Of a stretch of 64,000 bases of DNA, positions 25,067 through 37,770 are shown one piece after another (within the stretch, counting starts at the first letter, position 1; every line of letters starts with the position of its first letter). The notes under the pieces are model-generated. The model was not told the origin of the DNA, did no database searches, and saw nothing but the letters and a program-made list of their open reading frames with translations. Source of the stretch: Octopus vulgaris (Eukaryota); the NCBI GenBank assembly GCA_951406725.2, contig OX597819.1, positions 24,986,001-25,050,000 of the forward strand, given 5' to 3'. The position numbers were made by a program, and so were the translations under genes.

Positions 25067-25274
25067 CCCTTTCGTTACCAACCTGGCTGAAACTGGCTCT
25101 GGCTCTGAGTACAAATGTCTTGTTTTCATAAGTTTTGAATTAAAATCTTCCACCAAACCTTAGCAACAATTTATGTTCCTAACACTAGCTTAATGATAAC
25201 TAAGTTCTTTGTTATATTTAAAATTAATTGAAAGAAACACAGATCATCTCAACAGAAATATGGTAACAAAAGGG
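25067..25274. mobile_element. piggyBac-type MITE (208 bp) with TTAA target duplication
   Basis: TTAA|CCCTTTCGTTACCA...TGGTAACAAAAGGG|TTAA. Confidence 0.9.
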
Positions 25275-25540
25275 TTAATCAGAAAAATGGGTAACACTCA
25301 TTAACCCTTTACAAGGTGGGCAGAAAGAAGGAAGTAATCTTCAAACCTGAGGCCTGACCTGAGTTCTTCTAACAGGGTATTGCTATAAAAGCATCCAGAG
25401 ACCAGGTGATAGTGTTAAACCAGGTAATGGGATTATGGTTGCAGCCTACAAAATAGGAAACAGCCCACATGAGTGACTTTCTTATAGATTCTAATTCTCA
25501 CAACCAAATTTCACTTGCAAGACTTTAGTCAGTCAAATAC

Positions 25541-25879
25541 TACTCTTTTACTTGTTTCAGTCATTTGACTGCGGCCATGCTGGAGTACCGCATTTAGTCG
25601 AGCAAATCGACCCCGGGACTTATTCTTTGTAAGCCCAGTACTTATTCTATCGGTCTCTTTTGCCGAACCACTAAGTGATGGGGACGTAAACACACCAGCA
25701 TCGGTTGTCAAGCAATGCTAGCGGGACAAACACAGACACACAAACACACACACACACACACACACACATACATACATATATACGACAGGCTTCTTTCAGT
25801 TTCCGTCTACCAAATCCACTCACAAGGCATTGGTCGGCCCGGGGCTATAGCAGAAGACACTTGTCCAAGATGCCACGCA
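25541..25879 (-). mobile_element. SINE family A, head truncated
   Basis: Matches the family A body and tail. Confidence 0.9.
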
Positions 25880-26637
25880 CGGAAGAAAATATTTAGTAAA
25901 AGCAGCACATAGTGGGATTGAACCCAAGACCATAACAGTTGCAAAACAAACTTCTTAACCACAAAACTATGCCTCTGTTAGGATTATAAACGCAAAGATT
26001 TTCAAACAAGATTTGTTCTCACAGTTCTCGTGTATCTTATTTGAAATTCTTCAAATATTAACATCTAAGATACAGTTTTCTTTCACTGTTTTAGTTCAGT
26101 GATCGCAAAAATAGAAACTTATTCCATTTTATAATTTTAAGATAAAATGACAAAGAAGTCATTTGTATGGCAATTAGGGTCATAATATTCATGCTCCTCT
26201 TAATTCTTATAGGGAAACTTAAATTTACAAACCTATCTTATCTTTATAAGAATACTTAGATTTATGAAAAGATAGCAGAGTTTTGAAATAACTGTCCCTT
26301 GAAGTCTTATAGTTCATGAGAAAGGAAAAGTGTAGTTTTCTTTTCATTCTTCTTAATATTCCTGTGTTTCATACAGTAGTATTGAATCCTTCAATTCATT
26401 CATTCAGTGTCTGTTTTACCATGATTGCATGGGTTGGCTGGAGACTTATTTGTGGGAGGCTATAACAACTTGAGGCTCTTTCTGTCGTCAACCCTTACTG
26501 TAATTTTTTTTTGAAGGTCTTCTAAAGTACAGAGCAACCAGTTGAAATGTTACCCTGGAATGTAAATGTTATACCACCATTTCACTGAGGTGTTGACAAG
26601 CTAAGCAGTGAAATTTCAAGAGTGTATGATCTCATTT

Positions 26638-26679
<42 letters not shown>

Positions 26680-26809
26680 GCATGCACACACACAGATATA
26701 CATGCATGCATACACACACACACAAACTAAACTTCATACAGTTTATACCCATCAAATCCACTCTGAAGGCTTTGGTCAATCTGGGGCTTCTGTAGAAGAT
26801 ATCCACTGT

Positions 26810-27218
26810 GGCGCAGGAGTGGCTGTGTGGTAAGTAGCTTGCTAACCAACCACATGGTTCCAGGTTCAGTCCCACTGCATGGCATCTTGGGCAAGTGTCT
26901 TCTGCTATAGCTCCGGGCCGACCAATGCCTTGTGAGTGGATTTGGTAAACGGAAACTGAAAGAAGCCTGTCGTATATATATATATATGTGTTTGTGTGTC
27001 TGTGTTTGTTCCCCTAGCATTGCTTGACAACCGATGCTGGTGTGTTTACGTCCCCGTCACTTAGCGGTTCGGTAAAAAAAAAATAAGAGACCGATAGAAT
27101 AAGTACTGGGCTTACAAAAAGAATAAGTCCCGGGGTCGAGTTGCTCGACTAAAGGCGGTGCTCCAGCATGGCCGCAGTCAAATGACTGAAACAAGTAAAA
27201 GAGTAAAGAGTAAAGAGA
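26810..27218 (+). mobile_element. SINE family A, full length, nested in an older opposite-strand copy
   Basis: Complete from head to tail; decayed family A sequence on both flanks. Confidence 0.92.
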
Positions 27219-27470
27219 GTGCTGTGTACTGGGACTGAATCTGATCTACATTATTATTAAGATCATCATCATCATACGTCTGTTAAATGCCCATCCTAAC
27301 ACCAAAGATGACTATTTTTAATCACACAGCCTTTTCTGAGTACTATATATATATATATATATATACCGGAGTAAACACATAAATGTGAAACAAGGTGGAA
27401 AAAAGAGTACTCAAATACCAGTGGTAGAGTAATATGCTTTTATTTTAAGCAGCAGAAAATTCAACAAAAT

Positions 27471-27508
27471 CTGTTACTCTGAGTTTCTTGTTGCCGTTCA
27501 TCAGACAG
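27471..27508 (-). ncRNA. Minimal hammerhead motif, left arm of the palindrome
   Basis: CTGT-CTGATGA-ACGGCAACAA-GAAAC-TCAGA-GTA-ACAG; stem II weakened. Confidence 0.7.
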
Positions 27509-27524
27509 TTTTTGCTAGCAAAAA

Positions 27525-27562
27525 CTGTCTGATGAACGGCAACGAGAAACTCAGAGTAACAG
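27525..27562 (+). ncRNA. Minimal hammerhead motif, right arm of the palindrome
   Basis: CTGT-CTGATGA-A CG GCAA CG A-GAAAC-TCAGA-GTA-ACAG: stem I CTGT/ACAG, quasi-palindromic ACTC-A-GAGT stem III, predicted cleavage after 27558. Confidence 0.8.
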
Positions 27563-28737
27563 ATTTTGTTGAATTTTCTGCTGCTTAAAATAAAAGTATA
27601 CATATATATATATATATATATATTTAACTGTAAGTTAAATACATAATATTTATGCGCAACATACACATTATGAGTTAAATATATAATATATGAGCAACAT
27701 ATACGCACACATGTGTGAATATGTTCTGATATTATGATTTTTGTGTTCAACATACTCCTTGTGCTGATGTCTTAATATAACTTAGACGCATACTTTCACA
27801 CACTCATTCATATAAACACACAATCACTATTATTCACATTTCTTCTATAAATACACACACAAACATTCAAGTTATTAGGTATATACATGCCAACGCTCAT
27901 CTATAAATAAACATGTGCATCTATTATACATTATTGTTCACATACAATTATTATATAAACTCATTTTTTACATAGGTGCTTGTACAGAATCTTATACATT
28001 TATAAACCTAAAACACACACACACACACACACACGCACACACACAATTATATCTAAATATATTGCTATCATACATAAGAATGAAAAGAAGGATCTTCAGA
28101 GCATGCAAAAGAGGAATTTAATCTCTTCCATATGGTCTGTCAAGTTGCCAACATCTTTACAATTTACTCTTCCCACAGCTCTTCTTGGATTCTGCACCCT
28201 TATTAAATTATCCTATTGATAGGATGGCTCATTAGTTAAACAGATTTCAGGTGTACTTTTACTGTAAAGAACACACACATCCAACCAAATTCTCAGCCAA
28301 CTCTTGAAGTGTTCAGAGTTTAGTCCCTTGTCATAAATTATATCAGTTTTACCATTTTTAATATGGTTCCTCTTCTAAGTTAATTGCTAGCTCATGGATC
28401 ACATGTTAGTAATTGGACATAATTCTACTTGACTCAGTTGTGTATGTGTAAACTCTAAGGGATTTCTTAATGATCTACGACAGTAGTGTGAAATATAAAG
28501 GAGAATGGACTTCTGTTCCTAAAAGAGCCAGCAACAATGAAGACTTTCCTTTATTGGTTTGAATAAGTAAGAGATTAGACCACCTTGGAAAAGTTCAGCA
28601 ATGAGAAAAGTCAATACAGTTGTATTGTACATACACTTTTCTTATCTACATCTGTATTGACTTTCTGTTTGTTGATATCATTCCCTGTATTGGTAGAAAT
28701 GTAATTCTTTCCCAAATAAATTGTACTTCTTATTCGA

Positions 28738-28814
28738 AGCTCCGGTGAAGCTATAAGGTGTTAGGTGCTTGACTATGAGTCAACTGCATCTTATAGAAGA
28801 AACAGCTGTAAGCT
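28738..28814 (+). ncRNA. Decayed hammerhead with extended stem II
   Basis: AGCT-CCGGTGA-AG-CTATAAGGTGT...TTGAC TATGA GTCAA...GCATCTTATAG-AA-GAAAC-AGCT-GTA-AGCT. The core carries two transitions. GAAACAGCTGTAAG is identical to 12846-12859. Confidence 0.6.
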
Positions 28815-29720
28815 AATGAAATTCATTAGATATCCATTTATTCCTTTGTCAGCTCTCTTTTTTATTACTGCTTTATATTCAGACAACACTTTGTTCTGAA
28901 ACATATACTGAGTACTACACTGGGTTATTGGTCTCATTATGCCTAAATGAAATATATATGTATCTTAAAAGTGTTACTGAGTATATTAAGACTGTTGTGA
29001 TTTTTGAGTCTGAAAATCATTCATGTACATTCCATATTAATATACTGACTTTCCATCTCAATATCATGCATTGGAGTCACATGATCTGGAGGGTTGGTAA
29101 CTGTGGTAGATGATTCTTGTCTGCCAGTGATATAAGTGTGTATGCCTTTGTGCACCAAGCCTCTGTGTGGGAGGATCTTTCAGGGTGTTTGCTGCAGTGT
29201 TTGGCCTTCTAACAAAGCAACCTCATTGGGTTAGATGTAAAGATTGCTTTTATATATAACACATCCATGCATACACACGTTAAGTAACATTTTTAATTTC
29301 CAGGTTGATATTATTTTATTTTTCAGTATTTTTTAGGAAAACACAGTCTTTACAAATTCTTATTTCTCTTTCTATAAATATGTAACTCTTTACCTATATA
29401 AAAAAATTATCTGTAATCTTGTCTCATACAGATGTTCATGAAGTACCAAATACTATATAATTCAAATCTGGTATCTTTTGTATATATTCATTCTCAGTTA
29501 TAAAAAGGAAAATGGGATGGAAAAAGAAAAACTAACTGATCTGTTGAGATTGATAATACTTTTTATGTCATCAGAAGTAAAAACTTTTGTAATGTTTTGT
29601 TTTACCTGGTTGCAACTAAAGAAAAATCTATGGGTTACTTACAAATGTTCTTTGAGAAATGAGGTATTAATAAATCCAAAGACTTGATTACTATCTTCAT
29701 CATAATATGAGTGTATTCGT

Positions 29721-30008
29721 TCATCATCATCATCGTTTAACGTCCGTTCTCCATGCTAGCATGGGTTGGACGGTTCGATCGGGGATCTGGGAAGCCAGAA
29801 GGCTGCACCAGGCTCCGGTCTTATCTGGCAATGTTTCTACAGCTGGATGCCCTTCCTAATGCCAACCACTCCGTGAGTGTAGTGGGTGCTTTTTACGTGC
29901 CACCTGCACTGGTGCCAGGTGAGGCTGGCATCGGCCACGGTTGGATTGGTGCATTTTACGTGCCACCGACACGGAAGCCAGTCGAGGCAACGCTGGCATC
30001 GGCCATGA
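29721..30008 (-). mobile_element. SINE family C copy
   Basis: Reverse complement closely matches 1775-2060. Confidence 0.88.
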
Positions 30009-31171
30009 TAATAATGATCACTAGCATAGGTAAAAGGCCAGGATAATAATCATTTCTAATATAGGTACAAAGCCCGGATAATAATTGTTTCTAACACAGG
30101 TACAAGGCCTGAAATTTGTGGGGAAGGTGTCAGTCAATCACATCAATCCCCTGTACTTACATGGTACTTTATTTTATGGACACAAAGTTGGCTGCAGCTG
30201 GATTTGAGCTCAGAGCATGAAGGGCTGGAAGGAATACTGCTCTAACAATTCTACCAATGCACAGTACTTGATTGCTTCTAATTCATGTGCAAGGCCAGCA
30301 ATTTTGTGAAGAGAGGACTAATTAATTACACTTAACTTTATTCTTGATTGGTACCTTATTTTATTCATCCTGAACAGATGGAAATCAAGGTTGACCTTGG
30401 TGAGATTTGAACTTGGCAGTTAAAGAACCAGAAACAAGACCAGGATAATAGTAACAGTAAAGTCTCAGAGCATTGTGATTGGGAATGATGAAAAAAGAGA
30501 AGAGAAAAATCTATGTACATGTGTCTTTGAAGATATAACTGTATGAGAAAAAGATGATATAAAAATTAGAGAGAGAGAGAAATGATAGACAAGAGAAACT
30601 TAGAAGTCAGAAAGGTTGAGAGGTTGAAAGAATAAGTTGATGGTAAAAAAATAAAAAGGAAAAAGAGAAAAATGATTTCCTACCACTTCAAGAGAATGAC
30701 AGAAAAGTCAAGGAAAGACATTGAGATGTCAGGGAAGTGTAAGAGAAAAAGTGTGGATGAGAGATATACATGACCACAGAAATTGAAAGATGACAGATAT
30801 ACAATCATATAAGTTGTGTGTGTTTACAGCTGAAGATCCACTTGGATTTCAGATGTTTCCACCTCTCAGAAAGAAAAAGTAAATGTTTTCATGTTTCTAA
30901 GATAAACATACATCTGGTCCTCAGACCATTTTCCTGATGTTGCTCTCCTCGTTTCACTTGAGACTCTGCCTTTATTTACTCTATCTTTCAATGTCCTTCC
31001 TCTCTCATTAATCTGTCATTATGTATACTATTTCTCCAATATCAATTCATCTCTCAATAATCTCTTAAAAACAGCATTTGTCATGTGATGTATATATATT
31101 TAAATATGTATATATATATTTATATATGTATGTATATATATTTGTATATATATATATATATATATATATAT

Positions 31172-31378
31172 AACGGGAAGCTTTATGAAAATAAACAAAA
31201 GACGAAGGCAGGTGGAATACAAACAAACAATTGTATTAGTATGGCGCTCAGGAATATAAATAAAACAAGTCTTTTACGTTTCGAGCCTACGCTCTTCAAC
31301 AGAAAGATACACAGAAAAGAAACACGGAGAGAAACAAGGAGAGAAAAAAAATGCGTGCAGAAGCTAGTGAATCAACAT
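31172..31378 (-). mobile_element. Short (TA)n-adjacent element with hammerhead
   Basis: Same layout as 6986-7184; contains the HHR at 31270-31307. Confidence 0.65.
31270..31307 (-). ncRNA. Minimal hammerhead with variant core CUGUUGA
   Basis: TCTTT-CTGTTGA-A-GAGC GTAG GCTC-GAAAC-GTA-AAAGA; perfect stems I and II. Confidence 0.72.
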
Positions 31379-31564
31379 ATAATAGTGATAAGCCAATTAG
31401 AGTGTTTAAGTGTTGAGTAGAGTGCACTGGCATAGTTTAGGCTACCTGTTGTCGTCTGCAGTCACAGTATATTTCCGATGGATCTACTTCAGGAACTCTG
31501 CAGTGTCAGTTGGGGTAATTATATTAAGTAACGAGATGCTGGATTTGGTATTAAAATTTATTCA

Positions 31565-31665
31565 GTACAACGTTTGTTTCGACCTGTCCTACTATTGTTC
31601 TCTATATGTTGAACTCTGTTCAACAGGTGTTGCTTCCATTTTGCAGACTGGGTCTCATCAGGTAC
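31565..31665 (-). ncRNA. Type I hammerhead with intact core and long structured stem/loop II
   Basis: GTAC-CTGATGA-GACC...[inner hairpin TGTTGAAC AGA GTTCAACA]...GGTC-GAAAC-AAAC-GTT-GTAC. Confidence 0.75.
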
Positions 31666-31736
31666 ATCCATAATGTTTTATACCAAACCCATCTTCTCAT
31701 TACTTGTATATATATACACACACATACACATTTTTT

Positions 31737-32128
31737 TTTATACTTGTTTCAGTCATTTGACTGCGGCCATGCTGGAGCACCGCCTTTAGTCGAGCAGATC
31801 GACCCCAGGACTTATTCTTTGTAAGCCCAGTACTTATTCTATCGGTCTCTTTTTGCCGAACCGCTAAGTGATGGGGACATAAACATACCAGCATCGGTTG
31901 TCAAGCAATGCTAGGGGGACAAACACAGACACACAAACATATACACACACATACATATATATATACATATATACAACAGGCTTCTTTCAGTTTCCGTCTA
32001 CCAAATCCACTCACAAGGCATTGGTCGGCCAGGGCTATAGCAGAAGACACTTGCCCAAGGTGCCACACAGTGGGACTGAACCCGGAACCATGTGGTTGGT
32101 TAGCAAGCTACTTACCACACAGCCACTC
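31737..32128 (-). mobile_element. SINE family A copy
   Basis: Matches family A. Confidence 0.92.
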
Positions 32129-32709
32129 ATACTTTCAAAGATTAAATGAAGGAATTTCTATGTGATTACTAGAATTAGGAGACACATGACCATCAGAAAT
32201 CACAACCTACCATCTTGAGGATACACTGGACATCATAATCCCTAGTAAATAAAAAGACACATACATTATGCAAGAAATACTTTTGATTATAATTCTGCCT
32301 GGGGCTAAAAAGTAACAACTCACTTTTGATCAAAGCTCTGCTGGCCTAGAGTAACTAAAGTAACAAATTGTCAGTTGAATATAATGCATAGGAACCGGAC
32401 AAACCTGAAGCAGACTTGGAGTAGAGAGGGTATGGCATTGATGAGTTTGAAAATGATGAAAAAGAACTTAGACAAACCTAGCTGAGTGATTGATTATCTA
32501 AAAGATTAATCAAACAATGAATTAGTTAATCAGTTGAGAAGTTAGCCAATTGACTAATAATGATAAACAAGCGAATTAGAACCAGTTGATTTGTCTATTA
32601 TTGGCATAATGACTCTCCTAAGATACGACAAAATCTGTTTCAACTAATAACTTCACTTCAAGAATCTTGCAAGCCAAATACATATATGCTTTCTACTATA
32701 GGCAGAAGG

Positions 32710-32998
32710 TGGAGGCACAAGGTCTAGGGATTAGAGCAGTGGACTCACGGTTGAGAGATCGCGGGTTCAAATCTCAGACTGGGTGATGTGTGTGTTTATG
32801 AGCAAAATATCTAAGATCCATGTGGCTCTGGCAGAAGGTAAAGGGGAACTTCTGCTGACTCTTTCGCCACAACTTTCTCTCACTCCTTCCTCCTGCATCT
32901 TGTAGCTCACCTGCGATGGATTGGCTTCCCATCCAGGTGGGGAATCTATACACCAAGGAAACCAGGAAGCTGGGTGTGGCTCGAGAAGGAACAACAAC
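32710..32998 (+). mobile_element. tRNA-headed SINE of a distinct family ((AAC)n tail), inserted into the tail of a family B copy
   Basis: B-box GGGTTCAAATCTC and CCTGCGATGGATTGGCTTCCCATCCAGG motif. 12-bp TSD with one mismatch, ATAGGCA(G/C)AAGG, at 32698-32709 and 32999-33010. Confidence 0.75.
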
Positions 32999-33201
32999 AT
33001 AGGCACAAGGCCTCAAATTTGTGGGGAGTAGACTAGTTGATCACATTGTCCGCCAGTGTTTCACTGGTACTTATTTTATCGACCTCGAAAGGATGAAAGG
33101 CAAAGTCAACCTCGGTGGAATTCGAACTCAGCATGTAAAGACAAACGAAATATCACTAAGCATTTTGCCCTGCATGCTAACGTTTCTGCCAGCTCGCTGC
33201 C
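32999..33201 (-). mobile_element. SINE family B copy with alternative tail
   Basis: Head and core match 12871-13101. Confidence 0.88.
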
Positions 33202-34039
33202 TTAAAGCAAATACATATATGAAAGGTTTAATGATATTTTTATGTCTTAGAGGAAGAAAACCATCACTGTCAATTCTTTTTTTTTATTGGGCTTTCAAGT
33301 TATGTAAGAAGAAGAAAAAAATATCTCAATATTCTCAAACTAGAAACCTGGTCTCAATGTTTGCAACACAGTGTACTTGGTGGACTTAGCTTAAGACACA
33401 CAGACAAAGGCACACAACAATCATGCAGTGATATTAAACCTGACAGTGATTATGTCTACCAAGAAAAAAAATTTATTACAATCTAAAATAGTTAAGTAGG
33501 AGCACAACTACAGTATTTTGCAACATGATAGTCATTGAGAGGATTTCTGACTCTCTTCTCAGAATGCAGAAAGTTGGAACAAAATCTTCAAGATATTCTA
33601 TCTGACATGTCTTTTACATGGACATAGTTATAGTTAATTAAAGTTATCATATTCACAAAATTGTGTTAGTGATTACTTTTATGGAATTGTCGTCTGCAGT
33701 TAACTTATATATATATATGTATCCTCATGAAAAGCAATAAAATCAGTAAGAAGTATATTCTTGTCTGATTCCATAAATGTATTTATTTATTTATGGAGTC
33801 ATTCCATCCACTCTAACTATTTTTACTGCAGTCAACCACTTTTTAATAAATTTACTGGAGGAGTGTGTTTCCCTCTCCACATATACCATTCTATTCCGAA
33901 TGGAACTTGTGAAAAAATTGACGAGGTCTTAACTGAAAAGGAAAGTGACTGATCTTAATCCTTTCAGCTTTGATCACCTCACAATCTCTTTCACCATAGT
34001 CACCAAGCAGAGAAAAATCTCCTCGCTCCATCTTGTTAA

Positions 34040-34682
34040 CCCTTTAGCCTACATTGTCTCATAACTTCCAAATTTCGATGATAGGCGCAGGAGTGGCTGT
34101 GTGGTAAGTAGCTTGCTAACCAGCCACATGGTTCCGGGTTCAGTCCCACTGCGTGGCATCTTAGGCAAGTGTCTTCTGCTATAGCCCCGGGCCGACCAAT
34201 GCCTTGTGAGTGGATTTGGTAGACGGAAACTGAAAGAAGCCTGTCGTATATATGTATATATATGTATATGTGTCCAACCCGTGCTAGTGCGGTATACGGA
34301 CGTTAAACGATGATGGTGATGATGATGAGGATGTGTGTTTGTGTGTCTGTGTTTGTTCCCCTAGCATTGCTTGACAACCGATGCTGGTGTGTTTACGTCC
34401 CCGTCACTTAGCGGTTCGGCAAAAAGAGACCGATAGAATAAGTACTGGGCTTACAAAAAGAATAAGTCCCGGGATCGAGTTGCTCGACTAAAAGGCGGTG
34501 CTCCAGCATGGCCGCAGTCAAATGACTGAAACAAGTAAAAGAGTAAAAAGAGTAAAAGAGTATGACTGTTTATTTTTAGAATGACATTGTTGGGTAGGTG
34601 TGAGAGGCTGAATCTGGATGGTTTGAACATAAAACAGGTAGAATATTTGTGGCCAGATCTGGCCAGCTTGAATGCTAAAGGG
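34040..34682. mobile_element. Second piggyBac-type MITE family, split by a SINE A insertion; older copy at about 61879-62097
   Basis: TTAA|CCCTTTAGC...GCTAAAGGG termini. The reverse complement of 34562-34682 resembles 61879-62000. Confidence 0.6.
34084..34561 (+). mobile_element. SINE family A, full length, with a short RTE-type tail (about 34272-34331) inserted in its microsatellite hinge
   Basis: GTCCAACCCGTGCTAG...CGGACGTTAAAC(GAT)n interrupts the TA/TG tract. Confidence 0.92.
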
Positions 34683-34927
34683 ACATAGGAAGGTGGCCAT
34701 GTTGTTAATAATATTAATAATAATTGTTTCAAATGCTGGCACAAGGCTAGTAAATTTGAAGAAAGGGATCAATTGATACTCTTGACCCCAGTGCTTGACT
34801 GCTTAGTTTATTTTATTTACTCTGAAAAAAAAAAAAATAATAATAATAATAATAAAAGGCGAAACTGACTTTGCCAAGATTTGAACTAAGAATGTAAAGA
34901 TCCATTAAAAAAAAAAAAACACTGCTT

Positions 34928-35141
34928 ACTCTTTTACTCTTTTACTTGTTTCAGTCATTTGACTGCGGCCATGCTAGAGCACCGCCTTTAGTCGAGCAAA
35001 TCGACCCCGGGACTTATTCTTTTGTAAGCCCAGTACTTATTCTATTGGTCTCTTTTTGCCGAACTGCTAAGTGACGGGGACGTAAATACACCGGCATCGG
35101 TTGTCAAGCAATGCTAGGGGGACAAACACAGACACACAAAC

Positions 35142-35174
<33 letters not shown>

Positions 35175-35341
35175 CATATATACGACAGGCTTCTTTCAGT
35201 TTCCGTCTACCAAATCCACTCACAAGGCATTGGTCGGCCCGGGGCTATAGCAGAAGACACTTGCCCAAGATGCCACGCAGTGGAACTGAACCCGGAACCA
35301 TGTGGTTGGTTAGCAAGCTACTTACCACACAGCCACTCCTG
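34928..35341 (-). mobile_element. SINE family A copy nested in a decayed family B copy
   Basis: Family B remnants at about 34730-34910 and 35342-35380. Confidence 0.92.
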
Positions 35342-37237
35342 AGCAATTTGTCCAACACGCTAATGATTCTACCAGCTTGTAACAGCAATAATATTTTGAA
35401 AATCATTTAGATTATTTATGAAAAAACATTTAAAGCAAAATAGGCCAATTCTTAAGTACACTTTTATTCCAGAAATTCCTTTTGAGGAATCTTTAATATT
35501 TTCAGATTGAACTTCTGTTTCATTTTTTTTTTATTCACTTTACAAATTTTTTTGAGGAGGATGCTAGAAATATTTTTTCTTACATTTATTCATTTTATTA
35601 CTTAATTCTTTTCTTAAATTTCCTTATTATTATTATTGATGTTGTTTTTATAAGAATCACCATCATTATCATCATTCATGTTTTCACTCCTCCTCTCTCC
35701 TCCTCCTCCTCCCCCCCCCACTCCATAGTCACTGACTTTATTTTATTTATTTATTTTCTTTTTCTCATTCCTATGTTTATATTCTCTACAAGCCTTTTTC
35801 CTATTATTCTTGAGCCCAGACTGATGACTACAAAGATTTTTTTTTTTTTTTGGCAAAAGCAGGCATCAGAAATGGAAACAAATGCTTCCAAGGTGAAGAG
35901 AATAAAATACAATAGCAGATTTGTTAAAGATGCCTGGATAAAGAATTCCTACTACAGATGGATATAGCATCCTTCAGTCTTTTTCTTTCTTTATTTTCCT
36001 CCTCTTTTTTTTCTCTCTCTCTCTCTCTCTCTCTATTTACATATTTATCTTTGTTTTCTATATATTTTCTTTTTTTTTGTTTTTTTTCCCTGAAACTATT
36101 TATTTTGTAGTTTTATTTTTCTGTCACTCCTCCCACCCTCCGTTTCGTTTTCGTTTGCAATTTTCCCTACTATTCCGATATTCCAGTTTAACTACATCTA
36201 TTAATCTGACCCCCACCCTGGACAGGAATTTCTTATTTATTTATTTATTTATTTTGGATTAATTTTTTTTTCTTTTTAGTCTTTTATATTTTGTATCTTC
36301 TTTTTACTGTATTTTACATTTTCTTTAGCATTTTTATATGTTCTGTGCTCTTCTTCATTAGCTTTTTCTCTATTCTGACCTTTTGCTATCAATTTCATTC
36401 TTCTCCTTCATTTCTTCTCTTTCATTCACTCTTTCTTTCCCTTCTCTACCTCCTCTTTCTCATTCTCTTTTCCTTTTCTTTGACCCCCACCCATACTCAT
36501 TCCGTCACTTCTGCTCTTTTACCCCTTCCACTCTCACTCTCTTTTACTCCTTCTTGTTCTCATACTCTTTCACTCTCTCCTTGTTCCCTCTCTTAACCCC
36601 TCTCTCTTCCTCTCTCTTATTCTGTCTACCCTGCATCATTTAATTTCTTTCCATTTTTCCTTCTTTCCTTCTTATGTCTTTACAATCTTATCTTTTTCCT
36701 CACACTTTTCTTTCACTCTCTCTCTGTCTCTCTCTCTCCTCTCATCCTCCTTTCTCTTTTTACTTTTGCTTTGTATAAGTTTTTTCTCTTTCCCATATCT
36801 CTCATCTATCTCACTTCTTTTTTATCAACCTCCTTGTTTCTTTATCAAACTCTCTCTTTCTCTCTCATCTCAAAACTTCTATTTTAGAGATCATCTTCTT
36901 CTATTTTCATTTCTCTTTCACATAACTCTAAAACTCTCTCTTTCTCTTTTCTGTCTATGCCCCTTTGCTCCCCCCCTCATTGTTCCACATGTTATTCTCT
37001 CTATTGGATCTGAAGTCTATTCTTTCATTCTCTACATTTACCTCCCCCTTTTCCTGTCCTCACCTTCTTACCTTTTTTCTATCTTATCTTTTTCTCCAGA
37101 TCATTAACAACTCAGTCTCTCTATCTTATCCTCTCTTTCTCTATCCACATTTACTATCTTTCTCTCTCCCTCTTCTCACTCATTATCTTCGTTGTCTATT
37201 GTATTCCACATTTTTGAGGTCCAGTCACACCTATCAA

Positions 37238-37289
<52 letters not shown>

Positions 37290-37449
37290 CTTGTGTGTCT
37301 GTGTTTGTGTGTGGGTATATGTATATATGTGCATATGTGTGTATTATATATATTTGTATATTCTTTGAAAGTATTTTTCCTAATTATTCCTCTCATATTT
37401 TACCAAATTCCTAGATTACTATCACATAAAGAGAATCTTTCTTTTATCA

Positions 37450-37474
37450 CACATTACTGATATATATATATATA

Positions 37475-37513
<39 letters not shown>

Positions 37514-37770
37514 ATATATATATATATGTATATATATATATGTGTATATATATATATATGTGTATATATATATGTGTATATATATATATATGTGTGTGTA
37601 TATATACACATATATATATATATATACACACACACTCACACACATATGCATTACAGTAATATATGAATACATATAACTGTATATAAATATATGTGCGTAT
37701 ATATTTGTATATGCAGGCATGCACACACACACACACACACACACATACATACACACACATGTACATATGC
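37450..37770. repeat. TA/TG/CA microsatellite following a long pyrimidine-rich tract (about 35970-37200)
   Basis: Directly visible. Confidence 0.95.

Larger units (their letters stand above)
27366..27600. mobile_element. (TA)n-embedded fold-back element containing a 168-bp spacerless palindrome
   Basis: Arms 27433-27516 and 27517-27600 differ at 2 of 84 positions; centre GCT|AGC. Confidence 0.92.
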
